This document shows positions 20,509 through 30,599 of a stretch of DNA of 64,000 nt, piece by piece. The position numbers were made by a program, and so were the translations under genes. The notes under the pieces were generated by a model. It saw nothing but the letters and a program-made list of their open reading frames with translations. It ran no database searches and was not told the DNA's origin. The first letter of the stretch is position 1, and every line of letters begins with the position of its first letter. The DNA is from Reclinomonas americana ATCC 50394. Its lineage: Eukaryota. The stretch lies in contig PS015010.1 of the NCBI GenBank assembly GCA_048213135.1, positions 1,054,001-1,118,000 on the forward strand, read 5' to 3'.

Positions 20509-21384
20509 TCAGGGGTCGATATAATACATCACCTGTCTTGTATATTTCTGTCGTATACCGGATTCATCGGTGTATTCAATTTTTAAGGGTATGCTATACC
20601 TCCCGGGTGGGCCGTATACCTTTTGCCTGTAGTTGGCGACAGCGTTTTCAGGCTCTACCTTTTTATTCCCGATTCTGAAAGAGGGTTTGCTGGTCACACT
20701 AAATTCGCCTACTCCCGCTGTTATCTCTATCTCCTCACCGGACTTTAGATGATTGTAATTTTGCCCTGCAATTACGGAGGTTTTTGTAAAGTATTCAATT
20801 ATTATACGGCAGTATCTCGAGTTGATATAGTTAATGATCTTATTTTCATTACTCACAACCTTATGCTGCAATGCCAGCAGGAAAGAAGCAGATTGACGAT
20901 AAGGGCTGTGTTTAAAATAACTAAGAATTTGCTGTTTTTTTATGAAAGAACTGTTCTCATCCAGCAGGCGAAGCTCATTTTTAAAAATATAACTGAAGCC
21001 TGAATCAATCTTATACAGCTGTTTCTCATAATTATCCAGCCTCAGCAGTAATGAATCCGTGTCGAGAGGCTTGTGTTCCCGGTTAACCCTGTTCTCTTCT
21101 TTTTCAAGGTAAGCCAGGATTCCTTCTGTTACAGTCCTGGCTGCGGTTATACGAGGGGTCAGCCTGGTAATAATTTCTGTATACATCGGATCCTTTCTCT
21201 TGTTCTCGATGTCCTGGTATTCACGACCGGAATATTGCTGAAGTATTTTAATGGATTGCGTTAACTGCAAATCTGTGTAATCCCTGAGATACTGCTCCTG
21301 TTTCCCTTGGTTGGCACAACCGGGCAAAATGCAGGAAAGTGTTATACACATAACAGGTAAAAAAGAAAGACGGGAGTGGTGCAT
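20509..21384 (-). CDS. GldM/PorM-like lipoprotein (shortened paralog)
   Basis: LPGC lipobox; C-terminal GQNYNHLKSGEEIEITAGVG...YSIPLKIEYTDESG resembles the GldM Ig-like domain. Confidence 0.6.
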   Translation of the reverse strand: MHHSRLSFLPVMCITLSCILPGCANQGKQEQYLRDYTDLQLTQSIKILQQYSGREYQDIENKRKDPMYTEIITRLTPRITAARTVTEGILAYLEKEENRVNREHKPLDTDSLLLRLDNYEKQLYKIDSGFSYIFKNELRLLDENSSFIKKQQILSYFKHSPYRQSASFLLALQHKVVSNENKIINYINSRYCRIIIEYFTKTSVIAGQNYNHLKSGEEIEITAGVGEFSVTSKPSFRIGNKKVEPENAVANYRQKVYGPPGRYSIPLKIEYTDESGIRQKYTRQVMYYIDP

Positions 21385-21485
21385 AAAGTTCTGGCAAAGG
21401 GTTGTCCTTTGCCAGAAAACGATAGATGGAAAAATATAGTATGGGTTGTCCCGTTAAAGAAAGCTTAAAGCATTTTTAATATTCA

Positions 21486-21944
21486 TTATCCAATCTTCAC
21501 CTTAATCACCAGTTTCCTGATCGGTTGTTCATCCACCGCAATCATAGGCGCATGTACATCTTCAGGGAAGAAGATAGCGAACTGCCCGTTGGTCAGCTGG
21601 AAATACATGTCAGGCACATCGCTGTAAAAGCTCACATCCTTTTCGGGATTGTATTGTCCTTTTGGCGCAGTGCAGTGCTGGCGGGGTTTCCAGCCAATGC
21701 TTTCGCGGCCGCGGATGCAGAACTGGATGTCGATGTTCTGGTCATGGCATTCGAATTTGGCAATGGATTCCGCAGCGGTAGTGCCTGCTTTATCGGAATA
21801 AATGGCTTTCAGCCCGTCGGCGATATCATATTTACCCACTTCAATATTATCCAGGTCGGCTGTACGTATGTATTCAAACGCCTGCGCAAAAAGCTGGTGT
21901 ATGGAGGCGTAGCGGTGAGCGTTGTCAAGTATGTCGACTATCAT
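21486..21944 (-). CDS. YhcH/YjgK/YiaL family protein
   Basis: FECHDQNIDIQ, FAIFFPEDVHAP and RKLVIKV signature. Confidence 0.93.
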   Translation of the reverse strand: MIVDILDNAHRYASIHQLFAQAFEYIRTADLDNIEVGKYDIADGLKAIYSDKAGTTAAESIAKFECHDQNIDIQFCIRGRESIGWKPRQHCTAPKGQYNPEKDVSFYSDVPDMYFQLTNGQFAIFFPEDVHAPMIAVDEQPIRKLVIKVKIG

Positions 21945-22020
21945 TTTAATTACGAATTACAAATTACGAATGTCTTTGACTATGATGAGACTTTAATTTT
22001 CAAATTGTCACATCTTCAAA

Positions 22021-23046
22021 TTACCTCTGCACCCTTCCGCTACCATCACCTTTCACCAGGTCTTTCACCTCGGAAAGTGTGGCGTGGTTGAGGTCGCCGG
22101 GAATGGTATGTTTCAACGCGGAAGCGGCTACACCAAACTCTGCGGCATCCTTCATCGGCATACCGGTTACCAGTCCGTAAATAAGTCCGCTCGCAAAGCT
22201 GTCGCCACTGCCTACACGATCAACAATGCGTACCTGGTATTGTTTGGTATGATAGAATTCATTGCCGTCGTATACCAGCGCGCTCCAGCCGTTATCACTG
22301 GCGCTGTGGCTTTCGCGTAAAGAAGAGGCGATGAATTTAAAACCGAATTTTTCTTTCATTTGTTTGAACACATCTTTAAAACCGTCAAGGTTCAGTTCGC
22401 CTTTGGTTACATCAGTATCCTTGGCTTTAAAACCCAGGGTAGTATCTGCATCTTCTTCGTTACCGATACATACATCCACAAACTGGCAAAGACGGGTCAT
22501 CACTTCACGGGCTTTTTCCTTGCTCCATAATTTCTTACGGTAGTTCAGGTCAATACTGGTGGTAATGCCTTTGGCGCGGGCAGCTTTCAATGCGGCTTCG
22601 GTAAGAGCAGCAGCTTTATCGCTGAGGGCGGGTGTAATACCGGTGGTATGGAACCAATCGGCACCGTCGAAAATTTTATCCCAGTCAAATTCGCTGGCAT
22701 CCACATCCGCGATAGAAGCGCCTGCACGGTCATACACCACCTGGGAAGCACGCATGGAAGCGCCTGTTTCCAGGAAGTAAATGCCGAGCCTGTCGCCGCC
22801 ACGGGCAATGAACTGTGTATCCACGCCATAACGGCGCAGGTGATTGATGGCCGACTGGCCGATGGGATTATTGGGAACCTTGGTCACAAAAGTGCCGTTC
22901 TCACCATAATTGCAGATGGCTGCAGCCACATTGGCCTCGCCGCCGCCATAAGTAACATCAAAGGAATCGGCCTGTACAAAACGTTTGTAATCGGGGGTTG
23001 ATAAACGCAACATGACCTCACCCAGCGTAACAACTTTCTTTGGCAT
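22021..23046 (-). CDS. kdgK: 2-dehydro-3-deoxygluconokinase (PfkB family)
   Basis: GGGEANVA, DLNYRKKLW, DRVGSGDSF; divergent from eda. Confidence 0.93.
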   Translation of the reverse strand: MPKKVVTLGEVMLRLSTPDYKRFVQADSFDVTYGGGEANVAAAICNYGENGTFVTKVPNNPIGQSAINHLRRYGVDTQFIARGGDRLGIYFLETGASMRASQVVYDRAGASIADVDASEFDWDKIFDGADWFHTTGITPALSDKAAALTEAALKAARAKGITTSIDLNYRKKLWSKEKAREVMTRLCQFVDVCIGNEEDADTTLGFKAKDTDVTKGELNLDGFKDVFKQMKEKFGFKFIASSLRESHSASDNGWSALVYDGNEFYHTKQYQVRIVDRVGSGDSFASGLIYGLVTGMPMKDAAEFGVAASALKHTIPGDLNHATLSEVKDLVKGDGSGRVQR

Positions 23047-23140
23047 ACAATCGGGATTTTAAATGCTGAACAATAAAAAAAGGACGGGATGTCCGCTGCC
23101 AAAGATGCTCATAAATTGAAGAATGGCAAAGGATTTGGCG

Positions 23141-23172
23141 AAAAATCTACGGTAACGTTTGCGTAGATTTTT
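23141..23172. promoter_or_regulatory. 32-bp near-perfect palindrome, LacI-type operator between kdgK and eda
   Basis: AAAAATCTACG-GTAACGTTTG-CGTAGATTTTT, centred on AACGTT. Confidence 0.7.
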
Positions 23173-23227
23173 ATGGTGTTGTGCGTATTTTAAAATAACA
23201 TTGTTGCGTGTTAAACCCACTTGTTTT

Positions 23228-23887
23228 ATGAAGAAAGAAGCTTTGCTTGCATTGATCCCGCAACAGGGAATTCTGCCCCTGTATTTCCACAAAGACACTG
23301 AAACCAGCATCGGCCTCCTGAAGGCATTGTACAGCGCCGGCATACGGGCCGTGGAGTACACCAACAGGGGAGAAGCTGCACTTACCAATTTCAGGGCCAT
23401 GCGCCAGGTATGCGATACTGAGCTGAAAGACATGTACCTCGGCATTGGTACCATCAAGAACGGCGACATGGCGCAAACCTTTATCGACGCGGGTTGCGAC
23501 TATATCATCTGTCCCGGCCTGGTGGAAAGTGTGGCCAAAGTGGCCGACGCCAACAATATGCTGTGGGTTCCCGGTTGTATGACACCTACTGAAGTGATCG
23601 CGGCAGAGAACCTCGGCGCTAAAATGATCAAACTCTTCCCCGGTAATATCATCGGCATGGCCTTCATGCAGGCGATCAAAGAACTGTTCCCGGGTTTGAA
23701 GTTTATGCCAACCGGCGGTGTAGATACCAGCAAAGAGAATATCGAAGGCTGGTTCAAATCGGGCGTATGCGCCGTGGGTATGGGCAGTAAACTCGTTACC
23801 AAAGACATCATGGATAATAAAAAGTACGATGAACTGGTAACTGAAACCCAAAAAGTACTCGCTATTATCAGCGAATGCAAAAAATAA
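23228..23887 (+). CDS. eda: KDPG/KHG aldolase
   Basis: VEYTNR, GIGTI, PGCMTPTE, KLFP, MPTGGV. ATG at 23228 is preferred to the 23159 start. Confidence 0.95.
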   Translation: MKKEALLALIPQQGILPLYFHKDTETSIGLLKALYSAGIRAVEYTNRGEAALTNFRAMRQVCDTELKDMYLGIGTIKNGDMAQTFIDAGCDYIICPGLVESVAKVADANNMLWVPGCMTPTEVIAAENLGAKMIKLFPGNIIGMAFMQAIKELFPGLKFMPTGGVDTSKENIEGWFKSGVCAVGMGSKLVTKDIMDNKKYDELVTETQKVLAIISECKK

Positions 23888-23904
23888 AACCCTAGCTTGC
23901 TATT

Positions 23905-25263
23905 ATGAATCAAACTGCGATCGGCAAATACCGCTGGACCATTTGCGCCCTGCTTTTTTTTGCCACTACGGTCAATTACCTCGACAGGCAGGTACTGAGT
24001 CTGCTCAAACCTACCCTCGAAGCCAAATTCGGCTGGAGCAACAGTGACTATGCAGATATCGCTTCTGTATTCCAGTTCACATATGCCATCTCCATGCTTT
24101 TCGCCGGTCGTATCATCGACAAGCTCGGAACAAAAAGCGGTTATGCATGGGCCATCATCATCTGGTCCATTGGCGCCCTGCTTCATGCACTGGCTATTCC
24201 AATCGGGCAGGGCATTGCCACAGCCCTGGGCTGGATAGGTATCGTTTCGGTACCGGTATACGTGGCGGGATTCATGCTGTCGAGAGCGGTATTGGGTTTT
24301 GGCGAGTCGGGCAACTTTCCCGCAGCCATCAAAGCCACAGCGGAATACTTTCCTAAAAAAGAACGTTCGTTTGCCACCGGCATATTCAATTCAGGCGCCA
24401 ATGTGGGCGCTATACTTGCTCCGCTCAGTGTTCCATGGATCGAAGAACGCTGGGGATGGGAAGCGGCTTTTCTTATTATCGGCGCCGTAGGTTTTCTCTG
24501 GCTTTTCTTCTGGTTATATTATTATGAGAAACCCGAGAAGCAAAAACGCATGTCGGCCACCGAACTGGCTTATATCAACGCGGAAGACAACAGCAATCCT
24601 GTTCCCGTAACCACCGAAAAAGTTTCCTGGGTAAGGCTGCTGGGTTACCGGCAAACCTGGGCTTTCACCATCGGCAAGTTCATGACTGATGGTGTGTGGT
24701 GGTTCTTCCTTTTTTGGTTGCCCGCCTATCTTAAAGACCAGTACGGAATGGAGAAAACCGCCATTATGCTGCCGCTGGCCGTTCTGTACAGCATGACCAT
24801 GTTTGGCAGTATCGGCGGAGGCTGGTTCCCTATGTATTTTATTAAGAAAGGATACGAAGTATACGATGGTCGTATGAAGGCCATGCTGGTGATCGCCATT
24901 TTTCCGCTGGTGGTACTGGCAGCGCAACCGCTGGGGGGCATCAGTTACTGGCTGCCGGTGTTGCTGATCGGTATCGGTGCTTCGGCCCACCAGGCCTGGA
25001 GTGCCAACCTGTTTACCACGGTATCCGATATGTTTCCCAAAAAATCGGTAGGCTCCGTTATCGGTATCGGGGGCATGGCAGGCGGCATTGGCGGGGTGAT
25101 CATCACCAAACTGGGCGGTGCCCTGTTTGACCATTACAAAGCACTGGGGCACATTCAAACCGGCTACTCTATTATGTTCGCCATTTGTGCAGTGGCCTAC
25201 CTGGTGGCTTGGTTCATTATGAAAACACTTGTGCCTAAATACAAGCCTATTACTGACCTGTAA
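23905..25263 (+). CDS. exuT: Hexuronate MFS transporter (ACS family)
   Basis: NYLDRQ, GESGNFP, EYFPKKERSFATGIFNSG, HQAWSAN. Confidence 0.92.
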   Translation: MNQTAIGKYRWTICALLFFATTVNYLDRQVLSLLKPTLEAKFGWSNSDYADIASVFQFTYAISMLFAGRIIDKLGTKSGYAWAIIIWSIGALLHALAIPIGQGIATALGWIGIVSVPVYVAGFMLSRAVLGFGESGNFPAAIKATAEYFPKKERSFATGIFNSGANVGAILAPLSVPWIEERWGWEAAFLIIGAVGFLWLFFWLYYYEKPEKQKRMSATELAYINAEDNSNPVPVTTEKVSWVRLLGYRQTWAFTIGKFMTDGVWWFFLFWLPAYLKDQYGMEKTAIMLPLAVLYSMTMFGSIGGGWFPMYFIKKGYEVYDGRMKAMLVIAIFPLVVLAAQPLGGISYWLPVLLIGIGASAHQAWSANLFTTVSDMFPKKSVGSVIGIGGMAGGIGGVIITKLGGALFDHYKALGHIQTGYSIMFAICAVAYLVAWFIMKTLVPKYKPITDL

Positions 25264-25287
25264 CATCAGCAATACCTGATTTATAAC

Positions 25288-25316
25288 AGGGTCTGCCGGC
25301 GAGCAGGCCCTTTTTT
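25288..25316 (+). terminator. Intrinsic terminator after exuT
   Basis: AGGGTCTGC/GCAGGCCCT stem followed by a T tract. Confidence 0.8.
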
Positions 25317-25403
25317 ATACCCCATATCATAACCTGGGTCACCGGCAGCCGCATATCATAATTCGTAACGGGTAGTTCGTAATTCAATTTACCTTTGCCG
25401 TGC

Positions 25404-27242
25404 ATGAAGCAACTCTTTACGCTCAATCATTATTTCTGGAAGTACCGCTGGCATTTTTTGCTGGGTATCGTGTTTGTCGTTCTTACCAACTATTTCCGCA
25501 TCCTGTCGCCGCAACTCACCGGCTATGTGATGAATACCGTAGTTCACAGTATCCAATCGGCACCCGGGAAAGGCATGGCAGCGGAAGTGAAAAAAGACGT
25601 CGGCAATTATGACATCCTGGTGAGGGAAGTGGTATGGCGTTTCGAGGAAAGCGGTAATAATAAGATATTGCTGGCCGGACTGATGTTGCTGGTACTGGCC
25701 CTTATCAGCGGGTTCTTTATGTTCCTGATGCGGCAGACCATCATTGTCATGAGCCGTCATATTGAGTATGACCAGAAGAACGAGATCTTCAATCATTACC
25801 AGCAGCTTGACACCAATTTTTACAAAACACACAGCACCGGTGACCTCATGAACCGTATAGCCGAAGACGTGAGCCGGGTGCGTATGTATACCGGGCCGGC
25901 ACTGATGTACTTCATCAACCTCGCCGCCGTTATCGGCTTCAGTATTTTCTTCATGATGAAAGCCAGCCCGAAACTTACGCTGGTGGCGCTTTCGCCGCTG
26001 CCTGTGCTGGCGCTCACCATTTATTTCGTGAACACCATCATCAACCGTAAAAGTGAAAAGATACAATCGTTGCTGAGTGATCTCACCACCAATGCGCAGG
26101 AATCTTACTCCGGTATACGGGTGATCAAATCATTTGTACAGGAAAAAGCGATGATGGGCTTCTTCCGTAAAAACAGTGAAGCGTACCGGAGCAATGCGCT
26201 GAGTCTCGCCAAAACAGAGGCCATCTACTTTCCGAGTATGTCGCTGCTCATTGGATTGAGTACACTCATCACTATAATGGTAGGCTGCCTCGATGTGGTG
26301 AACCAGGTACCCGGTGCCAGCGTGGGTAAGATCGCCGAGTTTGTGATGTATATACAAATGCTAACGTTCCCGGTGAGTGCCATAGGCTGGACGGCCAGTA
26401 TGACGCAGCGTGCCGTGGCCTCCCAGAAAAGGATCAACGAGTTTTTGGATACCGAGCCTTCAGTAAAGGACCGTAAAGACAGTCTGCAACCTGAATTTGG
26501 AGGCAATATCAGTTTTGCAGGTGTTGATTTCACTTACCCGCATACCGGTATACATGCGCTGAAAGATTTTTCGCTGCAGGTAAAAGCAGGAGAGAAGATC
26601 GCCATTGTGGGGAGAACAGGTTCCGGCAAATCCACGGTGGCGCAGTTGCTGTTGCATATGTACGAGCCGCAGCAGGGAATGATCAGTTACGATGGGATAC
26701 CGCTTAACTCCATCAGCATTAAACACCTGCATGAACAGATCAGTTATGTGCCCCAGGACGTTTTCCTGTTCAGCGATACCGTTAGTAACAACATCCGTTT
26801 TGGTATGGAAGAGGCCGGTCAGGAAATGGTGGAGAAAGCAGCGCGGCAGGCCAGTGTTCATAACGAGATACTGCGGTTCAGTGAAGGGTATAATACGATG
26901 ATAGGAGAAAGAGGTGTTACCCTCAGCGGCGGACAGAAGCAGCGTATTTCCATTGCACGTGCTCTTATTAAAGATCCGCAGATTGTTGTATTCGACGATT
27001 GCCTGAGCGCCGTGGATGCCCGGACGGAGAAAGAGATCATCGGCAACCTGTATGAATTCCTTGATCATAAAACCGCGATCATTATCACGCACCGTGTCTT
27101 TTCTTTGTTTGAATTTGACAAAGTCGTTGTGCTCGACAAAGGGAGGATTGTAGAGCAGGGAACACATGAAGAATTACTCGCATTGGAAGGCTTTTACGCA
27201 GATATGTACAGGCGCCAGCTGGAGCAGGAAAGGGAAGAGTGA
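25404..27242 (+). CDS. ABC exporter, fused TMD-NBD (MsbA/YheI-like)
   Basis: GRTGSGKS Walker A, LSGGQ, VFDD Walker B. TACCTTTG -7 box at 25390-25397 supports ATG 25404. Confidence 0.95.
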   Translation: MKQLFTLNHYFWKYRWHFLLGIVFVVLTNYFRILSPQLTGYVMNTVVHSIQSAPGKGMAAEVKKDVGNYDILVREVVWRFEESGNNKILLAGLMLLVLALISGFFMFLMRQTIIVMSRHIEYDQKNEIFNHYQQLDTNFYKTHSTGDLMNRIAEDVSRVRMYTGPALMYFINLAAVIGFSIFFMMKASPKLTLVALSPLPVLALTIYFVNTIINRKSEKIQSLLSDLTTNAQESYSGIRVIKSFVQEKAMMGFFRKNSEAYRSNALSLAKTEAIYFPSMSLLIGLSTLITIMVGCLDVVNQVPGASVGKIAEFVMYIQMLTFPVSAIGWTASMTQRAVASQKRINEFLDTEPSVKDRKDSLQPEFGGNISFAGVDFTYPHTGIHALKDFSLQVKAGEKIAIVGRTGSGKSTVAQLLLHMYEPQQGMISYDGIPLNSISIKHLHEQISYVPQDVFLFSDTVSNNIRFGMEEAGQEMVEKAARQASVHNEILRFSEGYNTMIGERGVTLSGGQKQRISIARALIKDPQIVVFDDCLSAVDARTEKEIIGNLYEFLDHKTAIIITHRVFSLFEFDKVVVLDKGRIVEQGTHEELLALEGFYADMYRRQLEQEREE

Positions 27243-27303
27243 ACCCCTTGAATAGCAGCAAGATGCCATTTGGACAAGGGTTACGGCTATTTTTCACAAA
27301 TAT

Positions 27304-27333
27304 TTTGCCATTTCAAAAACAAGGCTATCTTTG
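27304..27333 (+). promoter_or_regulatory. Bacteroidota housekeeping promoter (-33 TTTG / -7 TATCTTTG)
   Basis: TTTG at 27304-27307 and TATCTTTG at 27326-27333, upstream of the DUF3276 gene. Confidence 0.65.
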
Positions 27334-27379
27334 TCATCCTTAAAACACCAGGAATCGTTCATCTAAAATCTCTACAACA

Positions 27380-27820
27380 GTGGCGTACGAAAACAACGAC
27401 AAAAAAATGGAAAGCGTTTACAGTAAGCGCATCAGGGCTGGCAAACGCAGGACTTACTTTTTTGATGTAAGGGAAACCCGCGGGAATGATTATTATCTCA
27501 CAATTACTGAAAGCCGAAAGCGTTTTGACTCCGACGGGTATGACAGGCACAAGATCTTCCTGTACAAGGAAGACTTCAACAAATTCATTAAGGGATTAGG
27601 TGAAGCTGTAGATTTTGTAAAAACAGAATTAATGCCCGATTTTGATTTCGACGCATTCAATCACGATACTCCTTACGAAGGAGAAGAAGGACAGTCAGAA
27701 TATAAACCAGCAGAACAACCAACTGCTGCTGCTGAAACAACTGTCGCCTCTTCTGCTCCTGTAGTTGAAGATAATGCTCCCGTTGATAACGGCAGCACCG
27801 AGGAAGTAGATAAGTGGTAA
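27380..27820 (+). CDS. DUF3276 / PUR-like nucleic-acid-binding protein
   Basis: RAGKRRTYFFDV...YLTITESRK...HKIFLYKEDF; acidic low-complexity tail. Confidence 0.9.
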   Translation: MAYENNDKKMESVYSKRIRAGKRRTYFFDVRETRGNDYYLTITESRKRFDSDGYDRHKIFLYKEDFNKFIKGLGEAVDFVKTELMPDFDFDAFNHDTPYEGEEGQSEYKPAEQPTAAAETTVASSAPVVEDNAPVDNGSTEEVDKW

Positions 27821-27853
27821 TAGTTTACCAGACCATCACCAAACCTAATTGCG

Positions 27854-27884
27854 AAAAAGGCCCTTCTTATGGAAGGGCTTTTTT
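27854..27884. terminator. Bidirectional intrinsic terminator
   Basis: AAAAA-GGCCCTTC-TTATG-GAAGGGCT-TTTTT between convergent genes. Confidence 0.8.
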
Positions 27885-27922
27885 ATTACTTGTCTTTTAT
27901 TTTATTAAAGTTGCAACGGTGG

Positions 27923-29518
27923 TCAGATGCGCATTTGTTTGAAGGCATTGATGAGTCCGTTGGTGGAAGTGTCGTGCGACTGCACCGGTTTTTCATCTTC
28001 CAGTTCGGGTAATACTTTTACCGCCAGCGCTTTGCCCAGTTCAACACCCCATTGATCGAAACTGTAGATATTCCATATGACACCCTGTACAAAGATCTTG
28101 TGTTCATAGAAGGCAATGAGTTGTCCTAAATTGAAAGGGGTGATCTGTTTTACCAGGAAAGAATTGGTGGGCCGGTTGCCTTCAAAAGTGCGGTACTTAT
28201 TTTCGTTGATGGTGCCGTTCATCAGTGCTTCTGTTTGGGCGAAGAAATTACTCAGCAATTTCCGGTGATGATCGCCCATGGGATTATGTGATATGGCCGG
28301 CGCGATAAAATCACAGGGAATGATTTGTGTGCCCTGGTGAATGAGCTGGTAAAAAGCATGTTGTCCGTTGGTACCCGGTTCGCCCCAGATCACCGGACCT
28401 GTGGCGTATTTTACTTTTTCTCCGTTGCGGTCTACGTACTTGCCATTGCTTTCCATATTGCCTTGCTGGAAATAAGCCGCGAAGCGGTGCATGTACTGAT
28501 CGTACGGCAGGATGGCTTCTGTACGGCAGCCGAAGAAATTCCCATACCATATGCCGAGCAGTGCCATGATCACGGGTATATTCTGATCGAATGGCGTGTT
28601 GTAAAAATGATTGTCGGTTTCATGGGCACCTTTCAGCAGGTCTTCGAAATGGGAGTAACCAATGGTGAGGGCTATCGACAAGCCGATGGCGCTCCACAGG
28701 CTGTAACGGCCGCCTACCCAGTCCCAGAACACGAACATATTTTCGGGAGCGATACCAAACTTCACCACTTCTTCGCTGTTGGTGCTGAGGGCTACAAAAT
28801 GTTTGGCGATATGCGTTTCATCCTCCGCAGTTTTGAGGAACCATTTGCGGGCCGATAACGCATTGGTCATGGTTTCCTGCGTGGTAAAAGTTTTACTGGC
28901 GATGAGGAAAAGCGTTTCTTCCGGATCTACTTTTTTCAATGTTTCTGCCAGGTGCGTGCCATCAACATTACTGACAAAATAGGGTTGGATGCCGGGCACC
29001 CAATATGGTTTAAGCGCTTCAGTTACCATTACAGGACCGAGGTCGCTGCCGCCGATGCCGATGTTGACGATGTACTTTATTTTTTTCCCCGTGTAACCTG
29101 TGTGTGTGCCTTCGTGTACGCGTTCGCAAAAAGCCTTCATTTGTTGCTGAACCTTTTGCACATCCGGCATTACATCCTTACCATCAAGTACAACAGGGTT
29201 GCCTGAAAAATTGCGCAATGCGGTATGCAATACCGCACGGTTTTCTGTTTCGTTGATCTTCTCTGCATTGAACATGGCATTGATGGCCTCTTTCAGTTCA
29301 CATTCATTTGCCAGCTGTAACAACAGTTCCATCGTTTTTTCCGTGATGCGGTTCTTGGAATAGTCGAAAAGTATATCGGTACCACCGACAGAAAATTTAT
29401 GGAAGCGGTTGACATCCCTGGCAAAAAGGTCTTCCATGTGTTCGGCCTTCATCTCATCATAATGATCCTGCAATGCCTGCCAGGCGGCAGTGGTAGTGGG
29501 GTTTATTCTTGGAAACAT
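27923..29518 (-). CDS. pgi: Glucose-6-phosphate isomerase
   Basis: [44 protein letters not shown]. Confidence 0.98.
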   Translation of the reverse strand: MFPRINPTTTAAWQALQDHYDEMKAEHMEDLFARDVNRFHKFSVGGTDILFDYSKNRITEKTMELLLQLANECELKEAINAMFNAEKINETENRAVLHTALRNFSGNPVVLDGKDVMPDVQKVQQQMKAFCERVHEGTHTGYTGKKIKYIVNIGIGGSDLGPVMVTEALKPYWVPGIQPYFVSNVDGTHLAETLKKVDPEETLFLIASKTFTTQETMTNALSARKWFLKTAEDETHIAKHFVALSTNSEEVVKFGIAPENMFVFWDWVGGRYSLWSAIGLSIALTIGYSHFEDLLKGAHETDNHFYNTPFDQNIPVIMALLGIWYGNFFGCRTEAILPYDQYMHRFAAYFQQGNMESNGKYVDRNGEKVKYATGPVIWGEPGTNGQHAFYQLIHQGTQIIPCDFIAPAISHNPMGDHHRKLLSNFFAQTEALMNGTINENKYRTFEGNRPTNSFLVKQITPFNLGQLIAFYEHKIFVQGVIWNIYSFDQWGVELGKALAVKVLPELEDEKPVQSHDTSTNGLINAFKQMRI

Positions 29519-29678
29519 ATTATCTGTTTAAATAAATTAAATTTTTTTATGCAGCGATTGTCAACCGGCTGTTGTCATTTTACACAGAGCAACTGCAGAA
29601 GCTTTCACCGAGACAAGGCGGACTTAAAAATAAATGAAAACTGCCTAACTCAATTATTTAACCTTAAACTTAACTCGT

Positions 29679-30083
29679 ATGAAACGCTTTCTATTGGCGC
29701 TGATCTTTCCGGCGCTTGTACTTTGCTCATTTACCTGCAATAAAAATGACCAGGACGATAAAGTCAAACTTTCCGGTTGTGATGCCACCTTTATCCGTAA
29801 ACAGGCCAGCAATATATCTGCCAAACTATATTATGTGTCTCCCAAAGGATGGATGGTCGACATTGTATTCACTGCCGATAATGAAGGATACCGCTGCCAG
29901 ATCTGCAACCAGTCTGACGCTCAATTGCAGGCAATTACAGCCGGGCTGGCGACAGACGGTACAAGGTATGATGTAACCATAAGCGGGAAAATAAAAGATT
30001 ATTCAGATAATGAAGGTGTACAGCCACCCGGAGCGCCTTATCCCAATCTGTACTGGATTACGCTGGAAGCGATAGTGAAGTAG
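29679..30083 (+). CDS. Hypothetical lipoprotein
   Basis: Signal peptide ending SFTC; plausible coding composition. Confidence 0.65.
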   Translation: MKRFLLALIFPALVLCSFTCNKNDQDDKVKLSGCDATFIRKQASNISAKLYYVSPKGWMVDIVFTADNEGYRCQICNQSDAQLQAITAGLATDGTRYDVTISGKIKDYSDNEGVQPPGAPYPNLYWITLEAIVK

Positions 30084-30105
30084 CAGGCGGACCTGGTACT
30101 CTCAA

Positions 30106-30546
30106 TCATTTTTTAAGTACTTCGATAGTAAAAAACTCTTTTGCTTTGATGTAGAATTTGTAGAGAATGAAAAGGAGAGGAGCGTTGGCGAGGGCCAGGA
30201 AGACATGGATGCCCGTGGTCATGAAGAGGATGAACATCAAAACGCTCAGCAATACTGCGCCCCAGAGCCTGCCGTTATCGGCTTCGCAACCCACATCAAT
30301 ATATAAAGGAGAAGCAAATGGTTTGCGGATATAGAAAGGCCTGGAAAAATGGAAGCCGTTTTTAGCGACGACCTTTACCGGTAATTCATGACACTCAATA
30401 ATGAGCGGAACGCCTTCTTTCAGCTCATATATTTCGGTATCGTTGATGAGTATATACGGCTTCAGCACCCGCATCAGGAGCTGTCTTTCGCGAAGGATCA
30501 CTATGGTGCCGTGATGAACGATAAGATAGTAAAATGCGACTGCCAT
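30106..30546 (-). CDS. Hypothetical membrane protein (two C-terminal TM helices)
   Basis: Hydrophobic hairpin at the C-terminus; co-oriented with upstream genes. Confidence 0.65.
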   Translation of the reverse strand: MAVAFYYLIVHHGTIVILRERQLLMRVLKPYILINDTEIYELKEGVPLIIECHELPVKVVAKNGFHFSRPFYIRKPFASPLYIDVGCEADNGRLWGAVLLSVLMFILFMTTGIHVFLALANAPLLFILYKFYIKAKEFFTIEVLKK

Positions 30547-30599
30547 GTGATGAGCACAACAGTCGCTTTTTTATTATTGAGGAGAACAGCTTAATTGTA

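Noticed and set aside
23059-24186. Long antisense ORFs (e.g. 23059-23469, 23171-23851, 23500-24186) and similar shadows elsewhere
   Set aside because: They overlap well-supported genes on the opposite strand and have no recognisable motifs.
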